Positions 9,290 to 17,896 of a stretch of DNA of 64,000 nucleotides are shown piece after piece. Below the pieces are notes generated by a model, which worked only from the letters and a program-made list of their open reading frames with translations, had not been told where the DNA came from and made no database searches. Source of the stretch: an uncultured Gemmatimonadaceae bacterium (GTDB lineage: Bacteria > Gemmatimonadota > Gemmatimonadetes > Gemmatimonadales > GWC2-71-9); contig CAZOES010000004.1 in the NCBI GenBank assembly GCA_964578865.1, positions 12,362 to 76,361 on the forward strand, in the 5' to 3' direction. Numbering within the stretch: the first letter of the stretch is position 1; each line of letters opens with the position of its first letter. The translations under genes and the position numbers were made by a program.

Positions 9290-9558
9290 CAGTCGGCTCG
9301 GAGAATTCGGCGGCGCCAGCGGGCGAACCGGATGATGTCTTCGACCGGGGGGATCGAGCGCTCCTCGCCGTAGGCGGTATGCAGCCGCCAGGCCAGATAC
9401 TCGTTATCCGGAAGAGGCAGGAAAGGTGGCCTGGAGTACCAGCCGCGCCTGCGAAAGGCCCAGCAAAGTGAGAGCAGGTCGACGGCCAGCGGGGGCCACA
9501 GCAGGGCGCGAAACGTCAGCACCGTCAGGAACCCCGGCCAGGAGGACGGTTCGGACAT
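9289..9558 (-). CDS. small hypothetical membrane protein
   Basis: The ORF track gives 9289-9636. The ATG at 9558 (MSEPSSWPGFLTVLTFRALLWPPLAVDLL...) avoids overlap with the divergent gene at 9613. There is one or two hydrophobic segments. The stop overlaps the ndh start. No family recognised. Confidence 0.45.
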   Translation of the reverse strand: MSEPSSWPGFLTVLTFRALLWPPLAVDLLSLCWAFRRRGWYSRPPFLPLPDNEYLAWRLHTAYGEERSIPPVEDIIRFARWRRRILRAD

Positions 9559-9612
9559 GAACCAAAGATAGTCCGGCGCAGGCAGCAGTGCGGCGGTATA
9601 TTCTCCAGCCCC

Positions 9613-10761
9613 ATGACGGCCACGGCCCCAGTCCATCGCCTGGCCCGCTATCGGGAGGAATTCCCGATATTCGAGCGGGCCGTTTACCTCAACAGTTGCT
9701 CGTTGGGCGCACTGTCCCGCCGGGCGCGGGCATCGGTCAATAGCTATCTCGATCAGTGGGAATCGCGGGGCGCCTCGGCCTGGTACGATACCTGGCTGGA
9801 TGCGACCGACCGGCTGCGGGGCGCATATGCCTCGGTGATCGGAGCCGAGGCCGGCGCTATCTCACTGCACTCCTGCATCTCCTCGATACTGACTGTGGTC
9901 GCCGAGTCGCTCGATTACTCGACTCGGCGCCGAGTGGTGACCACCAGTCTCGACTTCCCCACCGTTCCGTATCAATGGCTGGCGAAGCAGCAGCAGGGCG
10001 TTGAGGTGGTGATCGTCGAAAGTCCCGACGGGGTGAGTGTCCCGTTGGAGCGGCTGGCGGCAGCCATCGATGATCGCACTGCCCTGGTGGCCACCAGTCA
10101 CGTCTTCTTCACCAGCGGGGCTATTCAGAATGTGCGGGCGGTGGCCGATCTGGCCCACAAGCGTGGAGCGCTGCTCCTGATCGACGGCTATCAGGGAGCC
10201 GGCCAGCTACCGGTCGATGTGAAATCGCTGGATGTTGATTTTTACTGCTCCGGTGGACTCAAATGGCTGCTGGGTGGCTCAGGTATAGCGTTCCTCTACG
10301 TTCGCCCGAGCCTGATTTCCCGGCTGGAGCCCACCGTGGCCGGATGGTTTGGCCATGCGACGCCGTTCAAGTTCAATCCCCGCCAGCTGGACCGGGCAGC
10401 CGACGCTCATCGATTCGATCTGGGCACGCCGGCCATGGCTTCGGTCTATGCCCAGCTGAGCGGGCTCGAAGTTCTGACCGAGATCGGAATCCCGGCGGTT
10501 CGGGAAGTGACCGCGTCATTGACCGAAGATCTGATCCAGGCGGCCCGCGACCATGGAATCGTCCCCAAAGTTGCGCCGGTGGCGGCGGAACGCAGCGGTA
10601 TCGTGATGCTGCCCAGCCAGGATCCCCACCGCGACGTGCGCCGGCTGGCCGACGCGGGTTACGTGGTGGATGCGCGGCCGGGTCACGTACGGGTCAGCCC
10701 GTACTTCTACAATCTTCCCGAGGATCATCGATCGATGCTGGAGCACTTCGTCCGTGGCTAA
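9613..10761 (+). CDS. class V aminotransferase-fold PLP-dependent enzyme (kynureninase / cysteine-desulfurase-like)
   Basis: 382 aa. LIDGYQGAGQLPVDV and the putative PLP-lysine region CSGGLKWLLGGSG resemble the kynureninase-type YKYLNGGPG segment. Substrate is not determinable. Confidence 0.75.
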   Translation: MTATAPVHRLARYREEFPIFERAVYLNSCSLGALSRRARASVNSYLDQWESRGASAWYDTWLDATDRLRGAYASVIGAEAGAISLHSCISSILTVVAESLDYSTRRRVVTTSLDFPTVPYQWLAKQQQGVEVVIVESPDGVSVPLERLAAAIDDRTALVATSHVFFTSGAIQNVRAVADLAHKRGALLLIDGYQGAGQLPVDVKSLDVDFYCSGGLKWLLGGSGIAFLYVRPSLISRLEPTVAGWFGHATPFKFNPRQLDRAADAHRFDLGTPAMASVYAQLSGLEVLTEIGIPAVREVTASLTEDLIQAARDHGIVPKVAPVAAERSGIVMLPSQDPHRDVRRLADAGYVVDARPGHVRVSPYFYNLPEDHRSMLEHFVRG

Positions 10762-11500
10762 CTCTCCCAGAACATCACTGCAGCATGCCGCCCGTCAGAA
10801 GGGACCGACGGCGGACGAAGAGCTGCTGGAAAGCGCGGTCCTGCCCGAGCGACCCGATGCGCTGCGGAAGACCGATCCCTGGCGGGTACTCCGCATCATG
10901 GCGGAGTTCGTGGAAGGATTCGAAAAGCTGGGGGACATTCAGGATGCCGTGGCGATCTTCGGGTCAGCCCGGGTGAAGCCCGACGATCCCTACTACAAGA
11001 TTGCTGTCGATACTGCCCGGTTACTGGCCGAAGCCGGGTTCCCGATTATCACCGGTGGCGGGCCGGGGATCATGGAGGCGGCCAACAAAGGTGCGGTGGA
11101 TGGTGACGGGCTCTCGATCGGCTGCAATATCGAGTTGCCCCACGAGCAGGGAACCAACCAGTACGTCCGGCGCAGCATGTACTTCCGTTTCTTCTTTGTG
11201 CGCAAGACCATGTTCGCCAAGTACTCGATGGCGTTTGTGGTATTCCCCGGCGGGTTCGGGACGCTGGACGAGATGTTCGAAGCGCTGACCCTGATTCAGA
11301 CCGGCAAGGTGAGCAGTTTCCCGGTGGTGCTGGTTGGCAAGAATTACTGGAGCGGGCTGGTGGAATGGCTCCGGGCGACCATGTTGTCGGAGGGGAAAAT
11401 CAACGCCGAGGATTTGAACCTGTTCCACTGCACCGATGATCCGGAGGAAGTGCTCCGGATCATTCGAGAGGCCAAGCAGGCGGGTACCTCGAACAGCTAG
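10670..11500 (+). CDS. LOG-family / TIGR00730 Rossmann-fold nucleotide-binding protein
   Basis: Motifs ITGGGPGIMEAANKGA and VFPGGFGTLDEMFEAL, preceded by WRVLRIMAEFVEGFEKL. The start is uncertain. The ATG at 10670 overlaps the upstream gene by 92 nt. Alternatives are CTG at 10778 or ATG at 10898. There is no GTG or TTG in between. Confidence 0.8.
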   Translation: MRGRVTYGSARTSTIFPRIIDRCWSTSSVANSPRTSLQHAARQKGPTADEELLESAVLPERPDALRKTDPWRVLRIMAEFVEGFEKLGDIQDAVAIFGSARVKPDDPYYKIAVDTARLLAEAGFPIITGGGPGIMEAANKGAVDGDGLSIGCNIELPHEQGTNQYVRRSMYFRFFFVRKTMFAKYSMAFVVFPGGFGTLDEMFEALTLIQTGKVSSFPVVLVGKNYWSGLVEWLRATMLSEGKINAEDLNLFHCTDDPEEVLRIIREAKQAGTSNS

Positions 11501-12549
11501 GCTGGGTGGTGCGCTGGGCGGGACGAGGTGGCAGTGAAACCGGCGATCCGGGCCCTGGCGGCGGCGGGCTCCCGCTGGCACTCGAGCAGGGCCGAGAGCA
11601 TGAGGGGAACCACGATGGTCGCATCCGATTCGATGACGAACATCGGAGTATCCTCGGTCAGCTTATCCCAGGTGATCTTCTCGTTGGGAGTGGCCCCGGA
11701 GTAGGACCCGTAGGAAGTGGTCGAGTCGGAGATCTGGCAGAAATAGGCCCACGGCTTGGCGGCTTCATTCATGTCATACTTGAGCGAGGGCACTACGCAA
11801 ATGGGGAAGTCGCCGGCAATCCCGCCACCGATCTGAAAGAAGCCCACCCCCGCGCCTTGCGATAGGGTCCGGTACTGATCGTAGAAGTTGGCCATGTATT
11901 CGATGCCTGACTTCACGCTGGTCGCGGCGCAATCCCCGTGTTTCACATAGCTGGCGAAGATATTCCCGAAGGTGGAGTCCTCGTATCCGGGGACCACGAT
12001 GGGAAGATTGGCTTCGGCGGCGGCGAGCAACCAGCACTCGTCGGCATTTCCCTCGTGGAGTTCTTTGGGAAGCCCCCGGATCACGTCGTAGAAGTATTCG
12101 TGCCAGAAACGGCGCTGACCCGACTCGCTGGCCTGCTTCCACATCGGAACGATGAACTTCTCGACCGCGCGAAAAGCTTCGTCCTCCGGAATGCTGGTAT
12201 CAGTGACCCGGCGCATCCGGTCTTCCAGGATCCGGGTGTCGTCCTGTTTGGTGAAGTAGCGGTAGTCGGGGAAGTCCTTATAGCTATCGTGGGCCACCAA
12301 CCGGAACAGCGACTCCTCGAGATTAGCGCCGGTCACTGAAAGGCCGTGCACCAGTCCGGCCCGGATCGCCGGTGCCAGAGTAATCCCCAGCTGGGCCGAT
12401 GACATTGCGCCGGCGACGGCCCAGAACATCTTCCCACCAGCCTCCATGTGCCGCTGGTATGCGAGGAGAGCGTCCCGGGTGGCTCGGGCGTTGAAGTTCT
12501 TGTAGTTCTTGAGAACAAAATCGAGCACTGGCAGAGATGGGCTGGTCAT
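11497..12549 (-). CDS. deoxyhypusine synthase-like protein
   Basis: 350 aa. FWAVAGAMSSAQLGITLAPAIRAGLVHGLSVTGANLEE and GGGIAGDFPI resemble DHS-family NAD-binding proteins. Its stop and the LOG stop share the palindrome CTAG (11497-11500). Confidence 0.75.
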   Translation of the reverse strand: MTSPSLPVLDFVLKNYKNFNARATRDALLAYQRHMEAGGKMFWAVAGAMSSAQLGITLAPAIRAGLVHGLSVTGANLEESLFRLVAHDSYKDFPDYRYFTKQDDTRILEDRMRRVTDTSIPEDEAFRAVEKFIVPMWKQASESGQRRFWHEYFYDVIRGLPKELHEGNADECWLLAAAEANLPIVVPGYEDSTFGNIFASYVKHGDCAATSVKSGIEYMANFYDQYRTLSQGAGVGFFQIGGGIAGDFPICVVPSLKYDMNEAAKPWAYFCQISDSTTSYGSYSGATPNEKITWDKLTEDTPMFVIESDATIVVPLMLSALLECQREPAAARARIAGFTATSSRPAHHPA

Positions 12550-12624
12550 GGGAGAAACATCTGACCGGTGCAGCCCTTGGGCAAGAGGGTATGACGATGA
12601 ATCCTGGCGCGGATCGGTAACGCT

Positions 12625-13887
12625 GTGGCTTTCGATATCTCAACCGCAGGTCTTCTGGCCGTAGCGGCCCTCGCCGGCATGGCCGTGGGACTGGAGCGGG
12701 AATGGTCCGGTCATACCCGGGGACCCGACCCTCGCTTCGCCGGGGTACGGACGTTCTTTCTGCTGGGCACACTGGGAGGGCTGGCCGGGTGGTTGATCGG
12801 TGGCGGATACCCAATGCCAGGTCTGGTGCTGCTGGCCGCCGCCGCGGCACTCACTGTGGCGGCGTACGTGGTCGTCGCCCGCCAAGGCGGCGAAGCGGTC
12901 GATGGAACGACTGAAGTCGCCGCCGTACTGGTACTTCTCATCGGAGTAATCTCGGGACTCGGGTTTCCTCTGGTCACCAGCGCAGTCGCTGCAATCATGG
13001 TCTTGGTGTTGGCCGAAAAGACCAGAATCCACCGAGCCATCTCTCGGCTGGGGGAGCCGGAGTTAACCGCAGCGCTCCAGTTTGCGGTGCTCGCTCTAGT
13101 GGTGCTCCCGCTTCTGCCGGAGGGTCCGTTCGACCCGTTTCAGAGCGTGCGACCCAGAGCCCTCTGGACCGTGGTTCTGCTCTTCTCCGGGCTCAACTTC
13201 GCCGGCTATCTGGCTCGGCGCTCCCTGGGGGAACACCGGGGCTACACGATTTCGGGTTTGCTGGGAGGATTGGTCTCGTCGACTGCGGTGACCCTGCAAT
13301 TCTCTCGCAGAAGCAGAGAGGCGCCGGCCGCTGCCTGGCCTCTGGCGCTGGGCGTTGTCGGGGCGTGCACGGTATTGCTGCTGCGTACCAGCGCAATCCT
13401 CGCGGTGCTCAGTGGGCCGACTGCACTGGCCCTGGCCAAACTCATCCTGATTCCTCTGTTGTGCGGAATTATCCTGGTCGGGTTCGGGTTCTTCCGGCGC
13501 CCCAAAGACTCAGCCGAGTCGGAGGAGAGTGTGACCAGCCCGCTCGGTCTCGGAGCCTCCCTCAAAATGGCGGCCCTGTTTCAGCTGGTTCTGACGGTGA
13601 TCGCCTTGGTGCGGCAGTCCAATCAGCCGACCACGCTGCTGAGCACAGCCGCAGTGCTGGGGCTGACCGACGTCGATGCGCTGACCTATGCAATGGCCCG
13701 GACGGCCAACGAGTCCGGCATTGTCGAGCTGGCGGCCCGGGGGGTCGCCATTGGAGTGCTATCCAATACCGTGCTGAAGCTGGGGCTGGTGCTGATTCTG
13801 GGCCGGGGCCATTTCCGCCGGCTGGCGGCGGGGGGATTGTTGATTCTCGGACTGGCCAGCGGCGCAGCTCTGTGGCTGGCAAGTTAG
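12625..13887 (+). CDS. MgtC/SapB-family plus DUF4010-type integral membrane protein
   Basis: 420-aa polytopic protein. The N-terminal GLEREWSGH motif is typical of the MgtC family. The long C-terminal membrane extension ending in LTDVDALT resembles DUF4010. Confidence 0.7.
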   Translation: MAFDISTAGLLAVAALAGMAVGLEREWSGHTRGPDPRFAGVRTFFLLGTLGGLAGWLIGGGYPMPGLVLLAAAAALTVAAYVVVARQGGEAVDGTTEVAAVLVLLIGVISGLGFPLVTSAVAAIMVLVLAEKTRIHRAISRLGEPELTAALQFAVLALVVLPLLPEGPFDPFQSVRPRALWTVVLLFSGLNFAGYLARRSLGEHRGYTISGLLGGLVSSTAVTLQFSRRSREAPAAAWPLALGVVGACTVLLLRTSAILAVLSGPTALALAKLILIPLLCGIILVGFGFFRRPKDSAESEESVTSPLGLGASLKMAALFQLVLTVIALVRQSNQPTTLLSTAAVLGLTDVDALTYAMARTANESGIVELAARGVAIGVLSNTVLKLGLVLILGRGHFRRLAAGGLLILGLASGAALWLAS

Positions 13888-13890
13888 ACG

Positions 13891-14448
13891 ATGTCGGGTC
13901 CTTCAGGCGAGGCGGAACCGTCCAGTTACTGCGCTGATACGGCCCTCCGGGATGGATCGAAAGTCCAGATCCGCGCCTTGCGACCAGATGATGCTCCCCG
14001 ACTGGTGGAGGGATTCAAGCAACTGTCGGCGGAAACGATCTATCGACGCTTCTTTCAGGCGAAGCAGGAACTGACTCCGGCGGAGCTGGATTATCTCACC
14101 AGACTGGACTTTCGGAACCACGTGGCGTTGTGCGCGGTGATTCCCGGGGAGGGCGGGCCACAACTGGTTGGGGTGGGGCGCTTCGTGCGGAACAACCAAC
14201 TTCCGACCCAGGCGGAAGTGGCCTTTGTGGTAGGTGACGAGTATCAGGGCCGGGGAATCGCCACGCTGCTCCTGACCCACCTCTGCATTCTGGCCGCCCG
14301 GCTGGAAATCCGGACCCTCCAGGCGGTGGTTCTGCCGGAGAATCGGGAGATGCTGGAGGTTTTCGAGCACAGCGGGCGGGAGACCAGCCGGCGCTTTCGG
14401 GACGGGAGCCTGGAAGTGCTTCTCGCTACCGGCCCGATCGCTTCCTGA
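13891..14448 (+). CDS. GNAT-family N-acetyltransferase
   Basis: 185 aa. Acetyl-CoA binding motif VGDEYQGRGIATLLL (Q/RxxGxG/A). Confidence 0.8.
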   Translation: MSGPSGEAEPSSYCADTALRDGSKVQIRALRPDDAPRLVEGFKQLSAETIYRRFFQAKQELTPAELDYLTRLDFRNHVALCAVIPGEGGPQLVGVGRFVRNNQLPTQAEVAFVVGDEYQGRGIATLLLTHLCILAARLEIRTLQAVVLPENREMLEVFEHSGRETSRRFRDGSLEVLLATGPIAS

Positions 14449-14451
14449 ACG

Positions 14452-14796
14452 TCAGCGCGCCCCCCGGAACATCAGCTCGACCAGCTCCTCGTACATCGCC
14501 TCGGCAGCTCCCGGCTCATCGGAACGGATGGCGCTGGCAGCGCAGTGTTGCAGGTGATTGCGGAGCAGCGACCGAGAGACCCCGCGCAAGGCTTCCTGCA
14601 CCGAGCTCACCTGGGTAATCACGTCGGTGCAATAGCGCTCCTCTTCCACCATCTTTTGCAGCCCGCGAATCTGGCCTTCGATCCGGCGCAACCGGGTCAG
14701 CACGCCGGCCTTGAGTTCGGGATCGACGGCGACGGCGTGGCGTTCACCGTCGTGGCCCACTCCGCAGGCGCAGGGGGAGATGTGGGGTTCAGACAT
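14452..14796 (-). CDS. csoR: CsoR/RcnR-family metal-sensing transcriptional repressor
   Basis: 114 aa. [28 protein letters not shown] and HLQHC give the Cys-His-Cys ligand pattern of Cu(I)-sensing CsoR. The ATG lies inside the last codons of copA (8-nt overlap). Confidence 0.85.
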   Translation of the reverse strand: MSEPHISPCACGVGHDGERHAVAVDPELKAGVLTRLRRIEGQIRGLQKMVEEERYCTDVITQVSSVQEALRGVSRSLLRNHLQHCAASAIRSDEPGAAEAMYEELVELMFRGAR

Positions 14797-17077
14797 TGGA
14801 CCTCGCCTGGGGAGACGGGAGACGGGAGAGGGAAGACGACTGCAAGGCCTTCCTTAACCTGAGACTGTTGCTGACGACGCTAACGCTGCTGAAGGCCATG
14901 GCACCTGCGGCGAACGCCGGGGTTAGCCGAAGGCCGAGGATGGGGTAAAGCACGCCCGCCGCAACCGGGATTCCGACCACGTTGTAAACGAAAGCCCAGA
15001 AGAGATTCTGGCGGATGATACCCATGGTTCGGCGGCTCAATGCGATTGCGTCGCGAACTCCCCGCAAGTCACCTCGCATGAGCGTGATCTGGCCGGCCTC
15101 CATCGCGACGTCAGTACCGGTGCCCATGGCAATTCCCACGTCGGCTTGAGCCAGCGCCGGGGCATCGTTGAGGCCGTCTCCGGCCATTGCGACGACTCGG
15201 CCGCCTTGCTGGAGCCGGCGCACTTCCGCCAGCTTGGAGTCGGGCAGTACTTCGGCGACGACCCGGTCTACTCCGACTTCCTTTCCGACCCGCTCCGCAG
15301 GGCCCTTCCGGTCTCCGGTCAGCATGACCACCTCGAGCCCCATGCTCTGGAGTGACGCGATTGCCCCGGCGCTGGTGGAGCGCACCGGGTCAGATACGGC
15401 GATGATTCCGGCCAGCTGATTGTCCTGGGAGATCCACACCAGAGTTGCTCCGCCCTGTTCCAACTCCTCGGCCCGGGTCGAAATCGTCTCGGGTACCGAA
15501 ACGCCGAGTGACTTCATCAGGCGCGGGTTTCCGACCGCCACTGAATGAGTGTCCACCGTGCCAGTCACCCCGTGACCGGGAATCGCCTTGAAGTCGGTGG
15601 GTTCGAGCAATGCTGCCCCACGTTCCCGAGCCGCCCGGATCAGGGCGTCCGCGATGGGGTGCTCGCTCAGGCGTTCGAGGGAGGCCGCAACTACCAAAAG
15701 GCGTTCCTCGTTCCTCGTTCCGGGTTCAGTGTTTTCAGGATTGGGAAGAACATCAGTGACCACCGGCTTGCCTTCAGTGATAGTTCCGGTCTTGTCGAGG
15801 ACCACGATTTGAGTCTCGCCCGCCTTCTGCAGGGCCGCGCCACCTTTGATCAGCACGCCGAGTTCGGCGCCCCGGCCGGTGCCGACCATGACGGCAGTGG
15901 GCACCGCCAGTCCCATGGCGCAGGGGCAGGCGATAATGAGAACTGTGACCGCAGCGACCAGAGCGTGCAGTGCGCGGGGCTCAGGTCCGAAGTTGAACCA
16001 GGCGACGAATGCCGCAATAGCGATAGAGATGACCACCGGCACAAAGACGGCCGAAACCCGATCGGCCAATTGCTGCACCGGGGCCCGAGATCCCTGAGCC
16101 TCCTGGACCATGCCGATGATCCGAGAAAGGACGGTGTCGCGCCCGACCCGGTTGGCCCGGATACGGATTGCACCGTTGCCGTTGACCGTGGCACCGATCA
16201 CCGCATCACCGGTGGAACGGGCCACCGGCAATGGCTCACCGGTCAGCATGGATTCGTCCACCGCGGTCGATCCTTCGAGGACGATTCCATCGACCGGGAT
16301 CCGCTCACCTGGACGAATGAGAACCTCGTCGCCCAGCACGACGTCGGAGAGCGGGATATCCTGCTCCTGGCCTCCCCGGCGAACCCGGGCAGTATCGGGC
16401 CGAAGTCCCATCAGCCGGCGAATGGCTCCGGAGACGTGAGCCTTGGCCCGGGTTTCGAAGTAGTTGCCTAACAGAACCAGCCCGATGATCCAGACCACCG
16501 CCTCGTAGTACACATCGGGGGGAAGGCCGTGGGTCAGAAACCAGCCGGGAGCAATCGTGGTGGCCAGGCTGAACAGCAAGGCCGCGCCAGTCCCGACCGC
16601 GATGAGGGTGTTCATCTCGGCGGAGTGATGACGGAAGGCGGCCCAGGCCCGAGTGTAGAAGTGTCGCCCGCCCCAAAGCACTACCGGGGCCGTCAGGAGC
16701 AGCATCAACCAGCGCATGGTTGCGCCGTGGGTCAGCAGAGACACCACCATCGTGCCGAGCCCGGCTGCGATGCTCCACACGGCCTTGCGGCGTACTTCCC
16801 GAAGCTCATCGGCCCGCGCCGCATCCCGCTCATCCAACTCCTCTTCCACCGATCGGCCGGTGCGAGGGAGTTCGGCTCCGTAGCCGGTGGCGTGAATGAC
16901 GTCGACCAGAGCCGACGGCGATGTGGCATCGGGGTTGAACCCGACCGTGGCCTTCTGGGTCATCAGGTTTACCCGGGCCTCGGTGACGCCCGGTGCCTGC
17001 TGAAGGGCCCGCTCCACCCGGGCGCTGCAGGCAGCGCAGGTCATGCCGATGACGTCGATGGTGGCTGATTCAGACAT
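14789..17077 (-). CDS. copA: copper-translocating P1B-type ATPase
   Basis: N-terminal [19 protein letters not shown] motif [13 protein letters not shown], phosphorylation site DKTGTITEG, hinge [10 protein letters not shown]. Confidence 0.93.
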   Translation of the reverse strand: MSESATIDVIGMTCAACSARVERALQQAPGVTEARVNLMTQKATVGFNPDATSPSALVDVIHATGYGAELPRTGRSVEEELDERDAARADELREVRRKAVWSIAAGLGTMVVSLLTHGATMRWLMLLLTAPVVLWGGRHFYTRAWAAFRHHSAEMNTLIAVGTGAALLFSLATTIAPGWFLTHGLPPDVYYEAVVWIIGLVLLGNYFETRAKAHVSGAIRRLMGLRPDTARVRRGGQEQDIPLSDVVLGDEVLIRPGERIPVDGIVLEGSTAVDESMLTGEPLPVARSTGDAVIGATVNGNGAIRIRANRVGRDTVLSRIIGMVQEAQGSRAPVQQLADRVSAVFVPVVISIAIAAFVAWFNFGPEPRALHALVAAVTVLIIACPCAMGLAVPTAVMVGTGRGAELGVLIKGGAALQKAGETQIVVLDKTGTITEGKPVVTDVLPNPENTEPGTRNEERLLVVAASLERLSEHPIADALIRAARERGAALLEPTDFKAIPGHGVTGTVDTHSVAVGNPRLMKSLGVSVPETISTRAEELEQGGATLVWISQDNQLAGIIAVSDPVRSTSAGAIASLQSMGLEVVMLTGDRKGPAERVGKEVGVDRVVAEVLPDSKLAEVRRLQQGGRVVAMAGDGLNDAPALAQADVGIAMGTGTDVAMEAGQITLMRGDLRGVRDAIALSRRTMGIIRQNLFWAFVYNVVGIPVAAGVLYPILGLRLTPAFAAGAMAFSSVSVVSNSLRLRKALQSSSLSRLPSPQARSNV

Positions 17078-17097
17078 GCGATTCTCGCACTTCTCCG

Positions 17098-17472
17098 CTA
17101 ACGAACGGTCAATCGGCCGTGAACCATTCCCATACCACAGGCGAACTCATGGGTGCCGGGTCTAGTCGGTGTGAATTCGACCGGAGTCACGACTCCAGTA
17201 GGGAGAAACCGCCTGACCCCGAAGTCGGGGATCACCACTTCTTCGGTGCAGCTTCCCGAGTCCTTTCGATCAAACAGCAGGCGTACCGGCCGGCCCTTTT
17301 CGACCGCGATGCTCGACGGGGCATAGCCGCCGTCAACCACGACAGAGATTTCCTGTATTCCGGTTCCGGCCGCCGCGATGACGGGTTTGCGGGAGGCGAG
17401 GAAGAAGTACCAGTTAACCCAGGCGATTGCGGTCACGCCTGCGATGGTCACCAGCACCTGCGAGGTATCCAT
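17098..17472 (-). CDS. membrane-anchored cupredoxin-domain protein
   Basis: 124 aa. N-terminal TM helix, then a small beta domain with candidate Cu ligands ([18 protein letters not shown]). This is a typical companion of copA/copZ operons. Confidence 0.65.
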   Translation of the reverse strand: MDTSQVLVTIAGVTAIAWVNWYFFLASRKPVIAAAGTGIQEISVVVDGGYAPSSIAVEKGRPVRLLFDRKDSGSCTEEVVIPDFGVRRFLPTGVVTPVEFTPTRPGTHEFACGMGMVHGRLTVR

Positions 17473-17487
17473 GATTCGCCCCCTTAG

Positions 17488-17703
17488 TTAGCCAGCGATG
17501 AGGCCTTCGACCTTATAGCCGGCGCCCTCAATCGCGGCCTTCGCCCGGCTTCCGGCGGGATCGTCATCAGGAACTCGAACTTCGGCTCGGCCGATCTGCA
17601 CTGACCTCACCTCGATACCGGGAACAGCACCGAGCGCTTGGTTGACTGCATTCAGGCAGTGGCCGCAGCTCATGCCGCTAATTGCTAACGTAATGTCTTT
17701 CAT
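17488..17703 (-). CDS. copZ: heavy-metal-associated domain copper chaperone
   Basis: 71 aa with GMSCGHCLNAV (MxCxxC) in a ferredoxin-like fold. First gene of the copZ-cupredoxin-copA-csoR string. Confidence 0.85.
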   Translation of the reverse strand: MKDITLAISGMSCGHCLNAVNQALGAVPGIEVRSVQIGRAEVRVPDDDPAGSRAKAAIEGAGYKVEGLIAG

Positions 17704-17800
17704 GTGCTTAGCTTCGCTTTACGAGCAAAATGTGGGGAGCTGAAGTCTCCGGGACCCCGGTTTCCAGGTGCCCAGTGGGCTACATTCATCGCGTCGAAGT

Positions 17801-17843
17801 TACCATAGGGTGGTGGGGTATACAAGTAGGGGGTGGGGGTATC
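17801..17843 (-). promoter_or_regulatory. candidate CsoR operator boxes in the copZ promoter
   Basis: Two adjacent G-tract boxes ending in GGGGTAT: TACCATAGGGTGGTGGGGTATAC (17801-17823) and GTAGGGGGTGGGGGTATC (17826-17843), about 100-140 nt upstream of copZ. The TACC..GGGGTAT pattern resembles characterised CsoR operators (recalled from B. subtilis, Streptomyces and M. tuberculosis). Confidence 0.45.
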
Positions 17844-17896
17844 TTGGATTTCTTCGGTCTGGTCAGGGGGCACGGAGACTGCTCCATTAGCCCCCC

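Noticed and set aside
10670-10898. The 92-nt overlap between the PLP-enzyme gene and the LOG ORF could be programmed overlap or recoding.
   Set aside because: It is more simply explained by a mis-set start. The conserved LOG N-terminal region begins near residue 50-70 of the ORF. The overlap segment translates to non-conserved Arg/Ser-rich sequence. The real start is probably a downstream non-ATG codon (CTG at 10778) or the ATG at 10898.
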